64,000 nt of DNA from Carcharhinus amblyrhynchos (GCA_965287045.1 OZ336880.1:41044001-41108000); one strand, 5' to 3'. Shown: positions 11,895-23,123, counted from the stretch's first letter. Notes: generated by a model not told the origin, from the sequence alone. A program made the numbers and translations.

Positions 11895-12350
11895 TAGTGC
11901 CTCTCAGAGACATTTCAGAGTGTTTCACAGGCAATGAATTATTCTGACATATGGCAACCACAATTTTGCAGGCAAGAATGGTAGCCATCTTTCGCAAAAA
12001 CAGGGGCTGGGATTCTCCAACCTCACCCGCGGCTGGGATTCTGCGGTCCCGCTGCAGTGAATGGAGATTTGGCTGAGTGCCAGATTTTTCCTTCTCACTG
12101 GCAGCAGTGGCAGGATAGCAGTACAAGACCAGAGAATTACAGTCAAGATCTCATCAACAGCAATGACACTTTGAATGAATACCTTAACAGGGCTTCAGTT
12201 TAACATCTTAAAGTATCAAATTAGCATCTCAAACAATCCAGCACTGAGTTAATATTCCACTGAAGTTGCATCCCTAATCTGACGTTCAAGTCCTGGAGTG
12301 GAGCTGAATCCTACAAATTTTTGGTACAAAGGAATGGAACTGAACTGATA
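11895..12350 (-). mobile_element. Old degraded tRNA-derived SINE (Deu-domain/SacSINE1-like), interrupted by a MITE
   Basis: Blocks such as TTCACAGGCAATGAA, AAGATCTCATCAACAGCAATG, GGGCTTCAGTTTAACATCT and TTCAAGTCCTGGAGTGG resemble the reverse strand of the shark Deu-SINE consensus as I recall it. Confidence 0.5.
12005..12144. mobile_element. 140-bp MITE, same family as 10183-10294
   Basis: TIRs GGCTGGGATTCTC / reverse complement GACTGTAATTCTC; flanks AGG/AAG; shares internal GTGAATGGA motif. Confidence 0.7.
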
Positions 12351-12613
12351 CTGTGTTGGTAGAAAGTACAAATAATTTCTTGTCAGTAATTGTTAAATTA
12401 TTTAAGATGCTGATATATTAGGACTGATTCCCCAATTGTTTGTTGCTGGGGGGGAATTTAACCAGTTGCCTGTAGTTATGAAAGATTGGGAGCTTCTTGC
12501 TAACAATGCATCCTTGGAAAATTGGCATAGATATGTTTTAAAGATGCATGTAGGTTTTTAACAAAGGTTCACACCCCTGCATTAACATTGAATTAATACC
12601 TTTTTTTTAATAG

Positions 12614-12889
12614 TGCCACCAAAGATTATCATGCCTGAATTCATAACAATCAAAGCCGGGCAGAAGCTTAGAATTGAAGCTCATGTAGCTGGCAAGCCTG
12701 CACCAGTTTGCAAATGGATGAAAGGAGATGAGGTTATAATGCCATCTAGTCGCCTGGTTGTACATAAGACGAAGGATACTTCAGTACTTATCATTAAAGA
12801 TGTTACCAGAAAAGATAGTGGCTACTACAATCTTTCTGCAGAAAATAGCTCCGGCATCGCCACCCAGAAAATACGTGTGGTGATAATGG
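12614..12889 (+). CDS. TTN: Titin exon (~ex309, Ig A46)
   Basis: TAG acceptor, MPPKIIMPE...DSGYY...RVVIM, donor GTATGT; 276 nt. Confidence 0.95.
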
Positions 12890-12913
12890 GTATGTATATT
12901 TGATGCTTTGTGT

Positions 12914-14445
12914 AATCATAGAATCATAGAAAATTTACACACAGAAGGAGGCCGCATGGCCCATCGTTTCTTTTCCAGCTAAAAACAAGCCACCCTGCAA
13001 TCCCACTTTCCAGCATTTGGCCCATAACCCTGAAGATTACAGCACTTGAGATGCATATCCAGGCACTTCTTACATGAGTTGAGAGTTTCTGTCTCTTCCC
13101 TCTTTTGAGGTAATGAGTTCCAGGCCCCATAATCCTCTGGGTGAAAAGATATTTCTTCACTGCCCCACTAACCTTTCTACCAATCATTTTAGATTTATGT
13201 CACCGGGTTACCGTCCTCGCTGGAAAATCCCTTTCCATCAACTCCATCTAGGCCCCTCTCAATTTTATACAGCTCAATAAAATCTCTCCTCAGACTCCTG
13301 CATTCCAAGGAGAAGAACCTCCACCTATTCAGTCTTTCCTTATAGCTGGAATTTTCCAGTCCTGGCAATGTCCTCATAAATTTCCCCTTTACCTCCCTAA
13401 TGCAACTATATCCTTTCTCTAATGCAGTGACCAGAACTGCACACACTAACCAAATTGTGGCCTAACTAATGTTTCATATAGTTTCAGTTTAACCTCCCTA
13501 CTGTTAAATTCTGTGCCTCAGCTAATAAGTAAAAGAATTCCATGTGCCATCTTGGCCATTTTACCACCCTGTCCTGCTACCTTCAGGGATTTGTATACAT
13601 TCACTCATTATCTCACATTCCTTCTACACCTTTCAGTGTCCTCCTATTAATTGTGTACTACTTTGCCGTGTTTCACCTTCCCAAGTGCATTCCCTCAAGC
13701 TTCTTTGGATTGAATTCCATTTGCCACTTTTCTGCCCATCTGACCAGTCCAGTGATATCTTCCTGCAGTCTCCAGCAATCCTCCTCACTATCAACCTAAC
13801 AGCCAATTTTTATCAACTGCGAACCTCCCCTACACTTACATCAAATCATTAATATATACCACAAAAAGCAGGAGACCTAATACTGAGCCTTGGGGAAGCC
13901 CACTGGAAGCAGCCTTCAGAACCTTCCTGCCACAAATCTAATTTTGTATCCAACTTGCTACACCCCTTGGATCATGTGGGCTTTTTTTTAACCAGTCTTC
14001 CATGTAGGACCTTGTCAAAAGCCTTTCTAAAATCCATGTAGGCCACATCAATTGCACCACTCTGACCAATCCTCCTTGGTACCTCCTCACAAAATTCAAT
14101 CAAATTAGTCACAGACATGATCTTCCCTTAACAAATCCATGTTTACTGTCCTTGATTAATCTACGCCTTTTGAAGTGACAGTTTATCCTGCCCTTCAGAA
14201 TTGATTCCAAGGGTCAAAATGACTAGCCTATAATTATTTTGTCTATCCTTCACTCCCTTTTTAAGCAAAGGTACAATAGTAGACCCCCAACCCTCCTGTG
14301 CCTCTTCTGTATCCAGTGAGGATTGGAAAATGACAGAGCCTCCACAATGTCCTCCCTAGTTCCTTTTAACAGCACGAGGTACATTTTATCTGGCTCTGAT
14401 GATTTATCCACTTACAAAGATGCTAATGCTCTAATGTTTCCTCTG
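12914..14445 (-). mobile_element. 5'-truncated CR1-clade LINE (RT region plus 3' tail)
   Basis: (CATAGAAT)n tail at 12914; minus-strand remnant KFMRTLPGLENSSYKERLNR..FFSLECRSLRRDFIELYKI..GLD matches the CR1 ORF2 C-terminus. Confidence 0.88.
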
Positions 14446-14569
14446 TCCTAAGGCTACGTAAGGTTGTGCACTTGAACAAATTAGAGCTGTGTAAATAGTA
14501 TTCCATTAGTATTGCTCTGTAAAGCAGCATTATTTCATTGTTTTATTCTGAGCACTTTATGTTTTTCAG

Positions 14570-14869
14570 ATATTCCTGGACCACCACAGCCACCATTTGA
14601 TATTACAGAAATTGATGCTGATTCTTGCCACCTGAACTGGCATATTCCATTTGAAGATGGTGGCAGCAACATAACAAACTATGTAATAGAGAAATGTGAT
14701 TTGAGCCGTGGTGACTGGATTACAGCTGTGGCATCTGTAACAAAAACAAATTGTAGAATCGGAAAGCTTATCCCTGGACAAGAGTACATGTTCCGTGTTC
14801 GTGCAGAAAATAGATTTGGTATTTCAGAACCTCTCACCTCTGATAAAATGATTGCTCAGTATCAATTTG
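14570..14869 (+). CDS. TTN: Titin exon (~ex310, FN3 A47)
   Basis: CAG acceptor, DIPGPPQPP...AQYQF, donor GTAAGC; 300 nt. Confidence 0.95.
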
Positions 14870-14962
14870 GTAAGCTATAACAAAGTGTTTGGGCTGCATT
14901 TTTTTGAGACATAAAACCTGGCTTCAGAGCTGATGAAAGTTTTTTTTTATTTTTATGTACAG

Positions 14963-15265
14963 ATGTTCCCAGTGAACCAAGGAACGCACGTGTCACAAAG
15001 GTGAACAAAGATTGCATATTTTTGGCATGGGACAGACCAGAAAGTGATGGTGGTAGTCCCATCACTGGATATGCTATTGAACGTAAAGAGAGAAATAGCC
15101 TTCTCTGGGTAAAGGCAAATGACACATCTGTCCGTGCCACTGAGTACCCATGTTCAGGACTGATTGAAGGGCTAGAGTATACTTTCCGAGTCAGTGCACT
15201 GAACAGGGCTGGATCTAGCAAGCCTAGTAAACCAACTGAGCTTGTAGCAGCTAGGACAGCTGTTG
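14963..15265 (+). CDS. TTN: Titin exon (~ex311, FN3 A48)
   Basis: CAG acceptor, DVPSEPRNA...ARTAV, donor GTAAGT; 303 nt. Confidence 0.95.
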
Positions 15266-15384
15266 GTAAGTATTCTCAAAAATCTTGAAGAAGTTACTTT
15301 TATAATTATCTTAAATTCTTTGGATTTTACTTCTTGAAGTTTTTGTGTGTAAACTTAGAAACACGTGCCCATGTTTTACAACAG

Positions 15385-15684
15385 ATCCACCAGGCAAACC
15401 TGAAGCCATTGACGTCACGAATAGTACAGTTTCTCTCATCTGGGCAAGGCCCAAACATGATGGTGGAAGCAAAATAATTGGTTATTATGTTGAAGCCTGT
15501 AAATTACCTGGTGATAAGTGGATACGATGCAACTCCAATTGTCAAAATGTACCTACTGAAGAATTCACTGTTACCAATCTTGAAGAACATGCCCAATATC
15601 AATTCAGGATCATTGCGAAGACAGTAGTTAATATCAGCAGACCATCTGAACCTTCAGATCCAGTGACCATCGTGGCAGAACACG
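15385..15684 (+). CDS. TTN: Titin exon (~ex312, FN3 A49)
   Basis: CAG acceptor, DPPGKPEA...VAEH, donor GTATGA; 300 nt. Confidence 0.95.
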
Positions 15685-15837
15685 GTATGAATGAATGTCA
15701 CTTTGTTGTATTACTTTATGCCTGATTTTCATTTTGCAGAACTTGCAATGTCATAAAGAGGATGATAAATGTAATATATTAATTTTATTGTACTTGAGAA
15801 ATATTATTCATATTAAAGTGTTCTTTTCAAATTACAG

Positions 15838-16125
15838 TTGCACCAAGAATTGATTTGGGTGTGTCCATGAAGTCTCTGATCACTGTGAAGGCTGGATTTA
15901 ACGTTTGTTTAGACGCTCATGTCTTTGGAAAACCCTTTCCAAAGATCACTTGGAAGAAAGAAGGCAATGTACTAAAGTCTGGTGAAGGCATTAAAATAGC
16001 CAGAGCAAGAAATCTGTGCACACTCGAATTGTATAGTGTACAAAGGAAAGAAACTGGAGAGTACACTATTGTGGCAGAGAATGCAAGTGGATCCAAATCA
16101 GCTAACGTAAAACTGAAAGTATTAG
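15838..16125 (+). CDS. TTN: Titin exon (~ex313, Ig A50)
   Basis: CAG acceptor, VAPRIDLG...LKVL, donor GTAAAA; 288 nt. Confidence 0.95.
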
Positions 16126-16348
16126 GTAAAAGTATTTTAAAATGTTTCATTGGATATGAGTGAATCTGGTGTCCATTGTACAATAGCTCAATAAAACGTG
16201 TATGTGAATTTTCAACTATAAATGTAATTTTTATGTGAACCTGACAAAAAAAACAAGATTTTAAAGCAAATGATTAGTTTCATTTTTAACTCAATTAAAA
16301 AAAAATCCAAAATTTTTAATGCATTATTATGTTCTGTGTTTTTCATAG

Positions 16349-16645
16349 ATAAACCTGGTCCACCAGCTTCTATCAAAGTTAGCAACATTTATTCAGATCG
16401 TGTTACACTGAAGTGGGAACCTCCTCTTGAGGATGGAGGTTCTGAGATAACTAACTACATAGTCGATAAACGTGAGACAAGTCGTCCTAATTGGGCTCAA
16501 GTTACTGCTAATTTACAGATTACGCAGTGTGGTATAGAGAAACTGATAGAAGGACACGAATACCAGTTCCGTGTCAGTGCAGAGAACAAGTATGGAGTTG
16601 GTGATCCAATTATTACTCATCCAGTTATTGCTAAGAATCCTTACA
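16349..16645 (+). CDS. TTN: Titin exon (~ex314, FN3 A51)
   Basis: TAG acceptor, DKPGPPASI...AKNPY, donor GTAAGT; 297 nt. Confidence 0.95.
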
Positions 16646-16728
16646 GTAAGTAAAATACATTATAATTTTGTAGCTACTTTTCATTTTAATTGATAAACAG
16701 GCAAACACATGCATTGTATTATTTACAG

Positions 16729-17031
16729 ATGTACCTGGGCCATGTGATGCTCCAATAATTAGCAACATCACAAAAGATCACATGACTGTTAGCTGGAAAG
16801 CCCCAGCAGATGATGGTGGATCTCCGGTGACTGGATATATGTTAGAAAAACGTGAGACGATGTCTGTTGCTTGGTCGAAAGTCAACAGAAAACCAGTTTT
16901 AGAAAGAACAGTTAAAGCCACAGGACTTCAAGAAGGCACTGAGTATGAGTATCGAGTTATTGCTTTGAATAAAGCAGGACCGGGTAAACCCAGTGAATCT
17001 TCAAAAGCAGCGTTTGCCCTTGATCCTCAGT
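16729..17031 (+). CDS. TTN: Titin exon (~ex315, FN3 A52)
   Basis: CAG acceptor, VPGPCDAP...ALDPQ, donor GTAAGT; 303 nt. Confidence 0.95.
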
Positions 17032-17129
17032 GTAAGTAAACATATAACTTTATATACACATGAGCACCATACTCCCTTACTCTCTTGTTTGTTGAACTTT
17101 TTCATTGAAATTGTTTTATTTCCATTCAG

Positions 17130-17435
17130 ATCCTCCAGGACCTCCTGCCTTCCCAAAAGTTGTTGATACAACTCGCAGTACTATCAGTTTGTCTTGGAGT
17201 AAGCCAGCATATGATGGTGGCAGTCCAATTTTGGGATATTTAGTTGAAGTTAAGCGTGCAGATGGTGAACACTGGACAAAGTGCAATATACCGAAGAATC
17301 TTCGTGAGACACATTATACTGTAACAGGACTATCTGAAGGCACTGAGTATCAGTTCCGTGTAAGTGCAGTGAACAAAATAGGCTTCAGTGATCCAAGTGA
17401 AGTGCCAGAAAAACATACTGCCAAGGATATTTTGA
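17130..17435 (+). CDS. TTN: Titin exon (~ex316, FN3 A53)
   Basis: CAG acceptor, PPGPPAFP...AKDIL, donor GTAAGT; 306 nt. Confidence 0.95.
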
Positions 17436-17532
17436 GTAAGTTTTCATTACTCTGTGAAGCAAATACAGTATTGTCATTTAAACATTATATTATCCTCAAC
17501 AAGTCAGGCAATATGTGGAGAGATAGTACTTT

Positions 17533-17662
17533 CTAATGAAAGGTCATCGACCCACTATGTTAACTCTGTCTCTCGTTCGACAGATGCTGCCCAACCTTTC
17601 CAGTAGTTACAGCATTTTTAATTTTATTTACAATTTGCAGCATTTGCAGTATTTTGCCTTTG
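17533..17662 (+). mobile_element. Penelope-type terminal repeat remnant with decayed hammerhead ribozyme motif
   Basis: CTAATGA-AAGGTC-ATC-GACC...GTTAACTCTGTCTCTC..ACAGATGCTGCC...CAGCATTT..GCAGTATTTTG resembles a common shark repeat that begins CTGATGA-AAGGTCA..GACCT-GAAACGTTAAC (recalled). Confidence 0.55.
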
Positions 17663-17802
17663 TATTATCTTTCTGAAATGTTCTCTCCATTATTCAAATG
17701 GAAGAATTATTGCATTCTAAATAAATGGGTTAATGGCAATAAATAAATAAATATTTTTGATTCTTGTAGTCTGAAATCCAGCAACATTATTACAGAATCA
17801 GT

Positions 17803-18037
17803 GGGTGGTATTTTCTGGCCTTTCCCACTAGTAAGATCTCCTGGTCCAGTTTAACCACCACCAAACAACGCCCCCCCACACATCACCACCACCATCACCA
17901 CTACCGTCACCACCACCATGTGGTAGGTTCCTAGTGGCAAAGTGGATGCATCATGCAAAAGTCTGTAGAGTGTGGCGTCAGCACCTATTGACTCACCACA
18001 GGAAAACCCGCCACAGAGGGGCTGAAATATCCTGGAC
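17803..18037. mobile_element. MITE of the GGG..ATTTTC TIR family with internal (CAC)n tract
   Basis: Left end GGGTGGTATTTTCT; subterminal GGAAAACCCGCC; degenerate right TIR; flanks AGT/AGC. Confidence 0.5.
17876..17918. repeat. Imperfect (CAC/CAT)n trinucleotide microsatellite
   Basis: CATCACCACCACCATCACCACTACCGTCACCACCACC. Confidence 0.8.
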
Positions 18038-18645
18038 AGCTGGAGATCAGCTCAAACTAGCACCAGACATGCATGCCTTGGCGTGCTGTAAGTGTCCTTA
18101 TGTTCTTCAACCGACCCTTAAGAATGTAGTTTGAGTGGGATAGTGCCATAGTGTAGAGTAATGCCCTTTTTCTAATGGGATGGTGCTTACAGAATCAGAT
18201 CTTTCTTTATCATAATGGAAATGAGGACATATTCAAGAGTTGTAAAGTTAGATGGGAATTTTGTGGGTAAGTTTTTTTTAGTAAGTTTAAGACTATTTGC
18301 GTGCAATTTGTTATGTTTTAATATGTAAAAACATAATTTTACAGGTATATGTTTAGGTAGATGAAGCAAATTTTGTATGAATACAATTGGCATTTTTGTG
18401 ACTGAACTAAATGACACTGTAGAGGTAGCATAGGACATTATTAGTTCCTGAAATAATGTTTCTGGAATCTGATTGACCAGACAGGTTGAAGTGAAAATGT
18501 TCTCAGGGATGTAGCTGAAGCAATGGTGGCCTCAGGTTCTGTAATCTGTTTGGTAGAATTAATTTGATAACACAGAAACATATCATAATACATATGGGAG
18601 ATTTTTAATAATGAAGATTGAATTATGTACCTTTTTTCTGAACAG

Positions 18646-18933
18646 TTCCCCCTGAAGCAGATCTTGATGCTGACTTAAGGAAGGTGCTTATATTGCGTGC
18701 TGGTGTCACAATGAGAATCTATGTGCCAGTGAGAGGCCGGCCTCCACCAAAGATTAGTTGGGCTAAAATGGATGCCAACATACAGGATAGACAAGGACTT
18801 GAAATCAAAACTTCAGACTATGACACAATGTTGTACTGCGAAAATGTGAATCGATACGATGCTGGAAAGTACATCTTAACTTTACAAAATAGCAGTGGAA
18901 CAAAAGCATACACACTTACCGTAAAAGTTCTTG
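18646..18933 (+). CDS. TTN: Titin exon (~ex317, Ig A54; start of C2)
   Basis: CAG acceptor, [13 protein letters not shown]...DAGKY...VKVL, donor GTAAGT; 288 nt. Confidence 0.95.
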
Positions 18934-19053
18934 GTAAGTTGTTACAAATTATTTTGTTGTCATAAAAAGTAAAATATTAATATGAAGTGAGTTGATTATA
19001 TTTATTTTACTCAGTGAGACAACCATTTACCTTTTTCTTTACTTTTTAATTAG

Positions 19054-19344
19054 ATACTCCTGGACCTCCAGTTAATCTTATAGTTAAAGAAACATCAAAG
19101 GATTATGCTGTTATATCATGGGATCCTCCTCTCGTGGATGGTGGCAGTCCAGTTAAAAATTACATAGTAGAGAAACGAGATGCTGAAAGAAAGGCATGGT
19201 CAACTGTAGCAACTGAGTGTTCCAAGACAAGTTTCAGAATTACTAAATTGGAAGAGGGTAAATATTACTACTTCAGGGTTCTAGCTGAAAATGAGTATGG
19301 CATTGGCGAACCTTGTGAGACAAAAGATGCAGTGAAGGCTTCAG
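19054..19344 (+). CDS. TTN: Titin exon (~ex318, FN3 A55)
   Basis: TAG acceptor, DTPGPPVNL...VKAS, donor GTGAGG; 291 nt. Confidence 0.95.
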
Positions 19345-19446
19345 GTGAGGATTAAACATATTGATTACTTTTCACAATTTAATACTGGACAAAAAAAACT
19401 GCATATTGTAATTTTTTCCTCTTAAACAATCTATTGCATTATATAG

Positions 19447-19734
19447 AAGAGCCTGGGCCTGTGGAAGACTTAAAGGTTGCAGCTGTGTCCAAGAGATCTT
19501 GCACTCTGACATGGAATAAACCAATCAGTGACGGTGGAACACGAATTACTGCTTATGCTGTTGATGTAATGGTTCAAGAGGACAAGTGGAAAGAGTTGAT
19601 GAGAGCTAAGAAGTTGCAATTTTCAACAAATGACCTGGATGAAGGAAAAGAATACACTTTCAGAGTAAGGGCACAGAATGATGCTGGATTCAGCGTGCCA
19701 CGTGAAATTACACTTGTAGCAAAGGATCAAGTTG
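19447..19734 (+). CDS. TTN: Titin exon (~ex319, FN3 A56)
   Basis: TAG(AAG) tandem acceptor, EEPGPVEDL...AKDQV, donor GTGAGT; 288 nt. Confidence 0.93.
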
Positions 19735-19940
19735 GTGAGTAAGCCCCTCTTGGCATTTGTAGTTTATCTTTGAATAATTAGAAGTTCAAATGCAAGTTTG
19801 AATTGTTGAATGTAAAATAACTAATATTTGGTTTTGTTAATTAACTAGACCTTTTTGGACACATTAACAAGTCTCAGAAACTTCTAAGGTGTTTTGCAGT
19901 GCATAAATTACTTTTAAAGTTTAACTACTGTGTTATATAG

Positions 19941-20517
19941 GCAAGGTTATGATAAAGCTGTATAAAACACATGTCAGGCCACATCCAGATTACTGTGCTG
20001 CTCTGGTCACCGTACTGTAGGAAGGATGTGATTACACTAGAAAGGGTGCAGAGGAGATTCACCAGGATGTTGCCTGGGCTGAAGCATTTCAGAAGTGAAG
20101 GGAGGCTGGTGGTTAGGTTCAGGTTGTTTTCCTCAGAGCAAAGAAGGATGAAGTGGGACCTGATCAGAGAATGCAAAATTGAGGAACATAAATAAGGTAA
20201 ATAGAAAGAAACTTTTCACCTTAGTCAAGAGGGCAATTACCATGGGCCTTAAATTTAAGGTAAGGGGCAAGAGATTTAATGGGGATTTAAGGAAAAACTT
20301 TTTCACCCAGAGAGTGGAACTCATTGCCTGAAAACATGGTAGAGGTGGAAATCTTCATGACAGTTAAGGAGTATTTAGATGAGCATTTAAAACACTATAG
20401 CATTCAAGACTATAGACCAAGTGCTGGAAAAAGCGATTTTAATAGATAGTGCTTTATGGCTGACGCAAATCAGATGTGCCATAGTGCCTCCATCTGTTCT
20501 GTGGACTTGTATGACTT
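19941..20517 (+). mobile_element. CR1-clade LINE 3' fragment
   Basis: WSPYCRKDVITLERVQRRFTRMLPGL...LFSSEQRR matches the CR1 ORF2 C-terminus; ends in a CR1-like tail (CTGTTCTGT..ACTTGTATGACT). Confidence 0.88.
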
Positions 20518-20520
20518 TAA

Positions 20521-21451
20521 GGTGATAGGGTGGTAGAGATATATAGATATAGTGTGCTGAGTGGCAGACAGGGTGGTAAGGTCCCAGCTGGGTAGAGTAG
20601 CATGGTGGTATGCGGAAAGGGTGAGAGATTGGCATAGTAGTAAGGTGGCAGGTTGGGTAGGTGGTGAGGCCAGGGGGAGTCAAATGGTCAGGGGATCAGT
20701 TGTGAATTAGGGTCAGGGAAAGTCAGAGGGTCAGTGGAGTTTAGAGGACCAGGGAAGTTGAAGGTTCGAGAGGAGTCAGTGAATCAGAGGTGAATTGGAG
20801 AGTTGTGCGGGAGTTGATGGTTGGGGAGCTGAAGGGTCAGGGGAGTCAGATGGTCAGTGTGGAGGAGTGTGGAGTGTCAGAGGATTGGGGGACTCAGAGG
20901 ACCAGGAGCAAACTAGAGGGTCGCAGGGTGTTGGAGAGTCAGGATGAATCAGATGATCAGGGGCTTCTATCAGTGAGTGGAGGGGGATTCAGAGGGTGGG
21001 AATGAATTGGAGGATCACAGATGAATATAAAGATCAGAATGTGTTGGATGGTCAGCGGTGTGTCAGAGAGACAGGGTTGATTCAGAGGGTCAGAAGTTTG
21101 ACGGGGGATCAGTGGATCATGAGGAATCTGGGGAGTTGGGGTCAGGGAAAGTCAGGAGGTATTGAAAGGTCATGGGATATGGGAGTCAGGTGAGTCAGTA
21201 TGAGTGATTATGCATAGTTACTCTGGAGTTCGAACTGTTTTCTTTCTGTTTGACATTTCCTGAGTAGGTAAATAAGTCAAAATCATCCAATCTCTCTTAC
21301 TCCAGACGGTTTGGATTCGGGAATTGCCCAGTGTAAATCCAAACTTCCAGGAGAATCCCCACAGTCAGTGCATTGGGACATCTGATGCGTCCCAATACAT
21401 ATTACATATTGGGAGACAAATGTTGGATAGGACCATCCAGAATTTCTGGCC
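20521..21451. mobile_element. Partial TIR element with G-rich degenerate array (GGGTCAGGGGAGTCAG-like units, ~20521-21200)
   Basis: Right end reads GGCCAGAAATTCTGG on the minus strand, followed by TTA; subterminal region resembles 58191-58440; left TIR not found. Confidence 0.45.
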
Positions 21452-21551
21452 TTATACATGCATTGCAGAAGGATTTGATTTAGCTTTACGCAAAGAATTA
21501 TTAGAAAAATGAAACTTTGTGTTTAGACATTTGACAGGCAACCAGATTGAA

Positions 21552-22148
21552 GGCCTCAATTTTGCTGCCGCCCAGGAGATGTATTGGAAGGCAGGGATTG
21601 GGTAAAATCATGGGGAGCCGTGTCTGATTGACTCCCTGATATATTCCCAATATTGGGGCATTTTACCAACAATGGACTGGAGACAGTCTGTCCACTCTAA
21701 TTTCCAGAGTTAAAAGCCCAATTCGGTGCCATTGTCATTTTACTGATGGCATTTGACTCCCACTTCATGAGACCGGCAGATAATTAGAGCCCCCCCCCCA
21801 CCCACCCAGGTGAGCAAAACATGGAAGGCAGACTCTGTAGCCAAAGCAACCTCCCCAGAGGCCTCTCCCTCTAGCACTCATTCCTTTCACAATTTAAAAA
21901 TTTGGCTTCACCTACCTGCTATAGGTCCCAGGTCCCAAGGCAGCTTCAGTAGAGAGTGCCACTCCTAATGGTGCTGCTAAACCATTGGCCCTCTAATTGA
22001 GCGGCAGCTCATGAGGGCATGTCACCAGCATTAATAGGATGGCAGCTCGTAAAATGCAGGGGGAAGTTCCATCAGTCACTCGTGCATGATAGTGACACAC
22101 ATTTCCACCTCACATCAGGAACTCCACACTGCCCACCAAATTCTGGTC
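21552..22148. mobile_element. ~600-bp non-autonomous TIR element inserted in a CR1 fragment
   Basis: Ends GGCCTCAATTTTG / reverse complement GACCAGAATTTGG; flanks GAA/AAG; removal gives CR1-like GATTGAGGTATTTAAAATGAT. Confidence 0.55.
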
Positions 22149-22790
22149 AAGGTATTTAAAATGATAAATGGATTCAGTACAGTAGATTAAGAAAAGTTAT
22201 TTTCTCTGGTGGAAGAATCCACCAGAGGGATGGCACAGTGGTTAGCACTGCTGCCTCATAGCACCAGGGACTCAGGTTAAACCTGGTCTCGGGTCACTGT
22301 CTATGTGGAGTTTGCACATTTTCCCCGTATCTGCATAGGCTTCCTCTGGGTGCTCAGGTTTCCCCTCTCAATTCAAAGATATGCGGGTTAGGTTGATTGG
22401 CCATACTAAATTGACCCTAGTGGCAGGGGATTAGCAGGGTAAATATGTGGGGTTACAGGAATAGGGCCTGGGTGGGATTTGATCAGTGCAGACTTGATGG
22501 GCCAAATGGCCTTCTTCTGCACGGTAGGGATTCTATAAAACAAGATCATTTCTATGTTTGTAGGTGAAGTGTAGAATTTCTAGGTTTGTAGGTGAATTAT
22601 AGAATTCCCTTCCTCCCAAAAGTCTGTGGATGCTGGGACCACTGAAATTTTCAAAACACCAACAGATTGTTGTTAGGTCCGGTTATAGGCTTTTGGGTTG
22701 AAGATGGATAGATTGAGTTGAAGCCAAGATCTGATCCAATGATGCAATGTTGCCAAAAGGCTGAATGACCGATTGCTGTTCCCACGATAG
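22149..22790 (+). mobile_element. Old CR1 3' fragment, interrupted by an HE1-type SINE
   Basis: GGTATTTAAAATGAT...TTTTCTCTGGTGG and, after the SINE, GTGGATGCTGGGA..TGAAATTTTCAA...AGGCTGAATGACC resemble CR1 3' ends. Confidence 0.6.
22227..22536 (+). mobile_element. Near full-length tRNA-derived V-SINE (HE1-type, elasmobranch)
   Basis: A-box TGGCACAGTGG, head TTAGCACTGCTGCCTCA, V-domain GTGGAGTTTGCACATT.TCCCCGT.TCTGC...GGTGCTC.GGTTTCC, CR1-like tail GGGCCAAATGGCCT...GGGATTCTAT. Confidence 0.88.
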
Positions 22791-23123
22791 GACATAGCTA
22801 GTCTTTTCATCTTCAATTCTAACATTCCAAGCATAAAGGATTGCATTAAAATTGGCACAAGCCAAGTGCACAATTTGCACAGTAGCTATAATACTTACTT
22901 CAATTAGACAATTATCATTAAATAATCTCTTTGAAATTGGTTGGCCATTATATGTCACCTATGGTAAAGTACTTTATGTCAATTGTTAAGTTAAACTGTG
23001 TACCATCTTAAAGCCTCGCTCATAATAAGACATTGCAAACTATTATTTAAACATCACAATGGTCTCAAAGTATAATTGTCAAAACTGAGAATTGGATTTA
23101 TTAAACTTTCTTTGCCTCAACAG

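Noticed and set aside
12914-14445. Possible active reverse transcriptase gene
   Set aside because: 5'-truncated CR1 with multiple stops and frameshifts.
22227-22300. tRNA-like A/B boxes suggesting a tRNA gene
   Set aside because: It is the head of a SINE, followed by a V-domain and LINE-like tail, with no intact cloverleaf.
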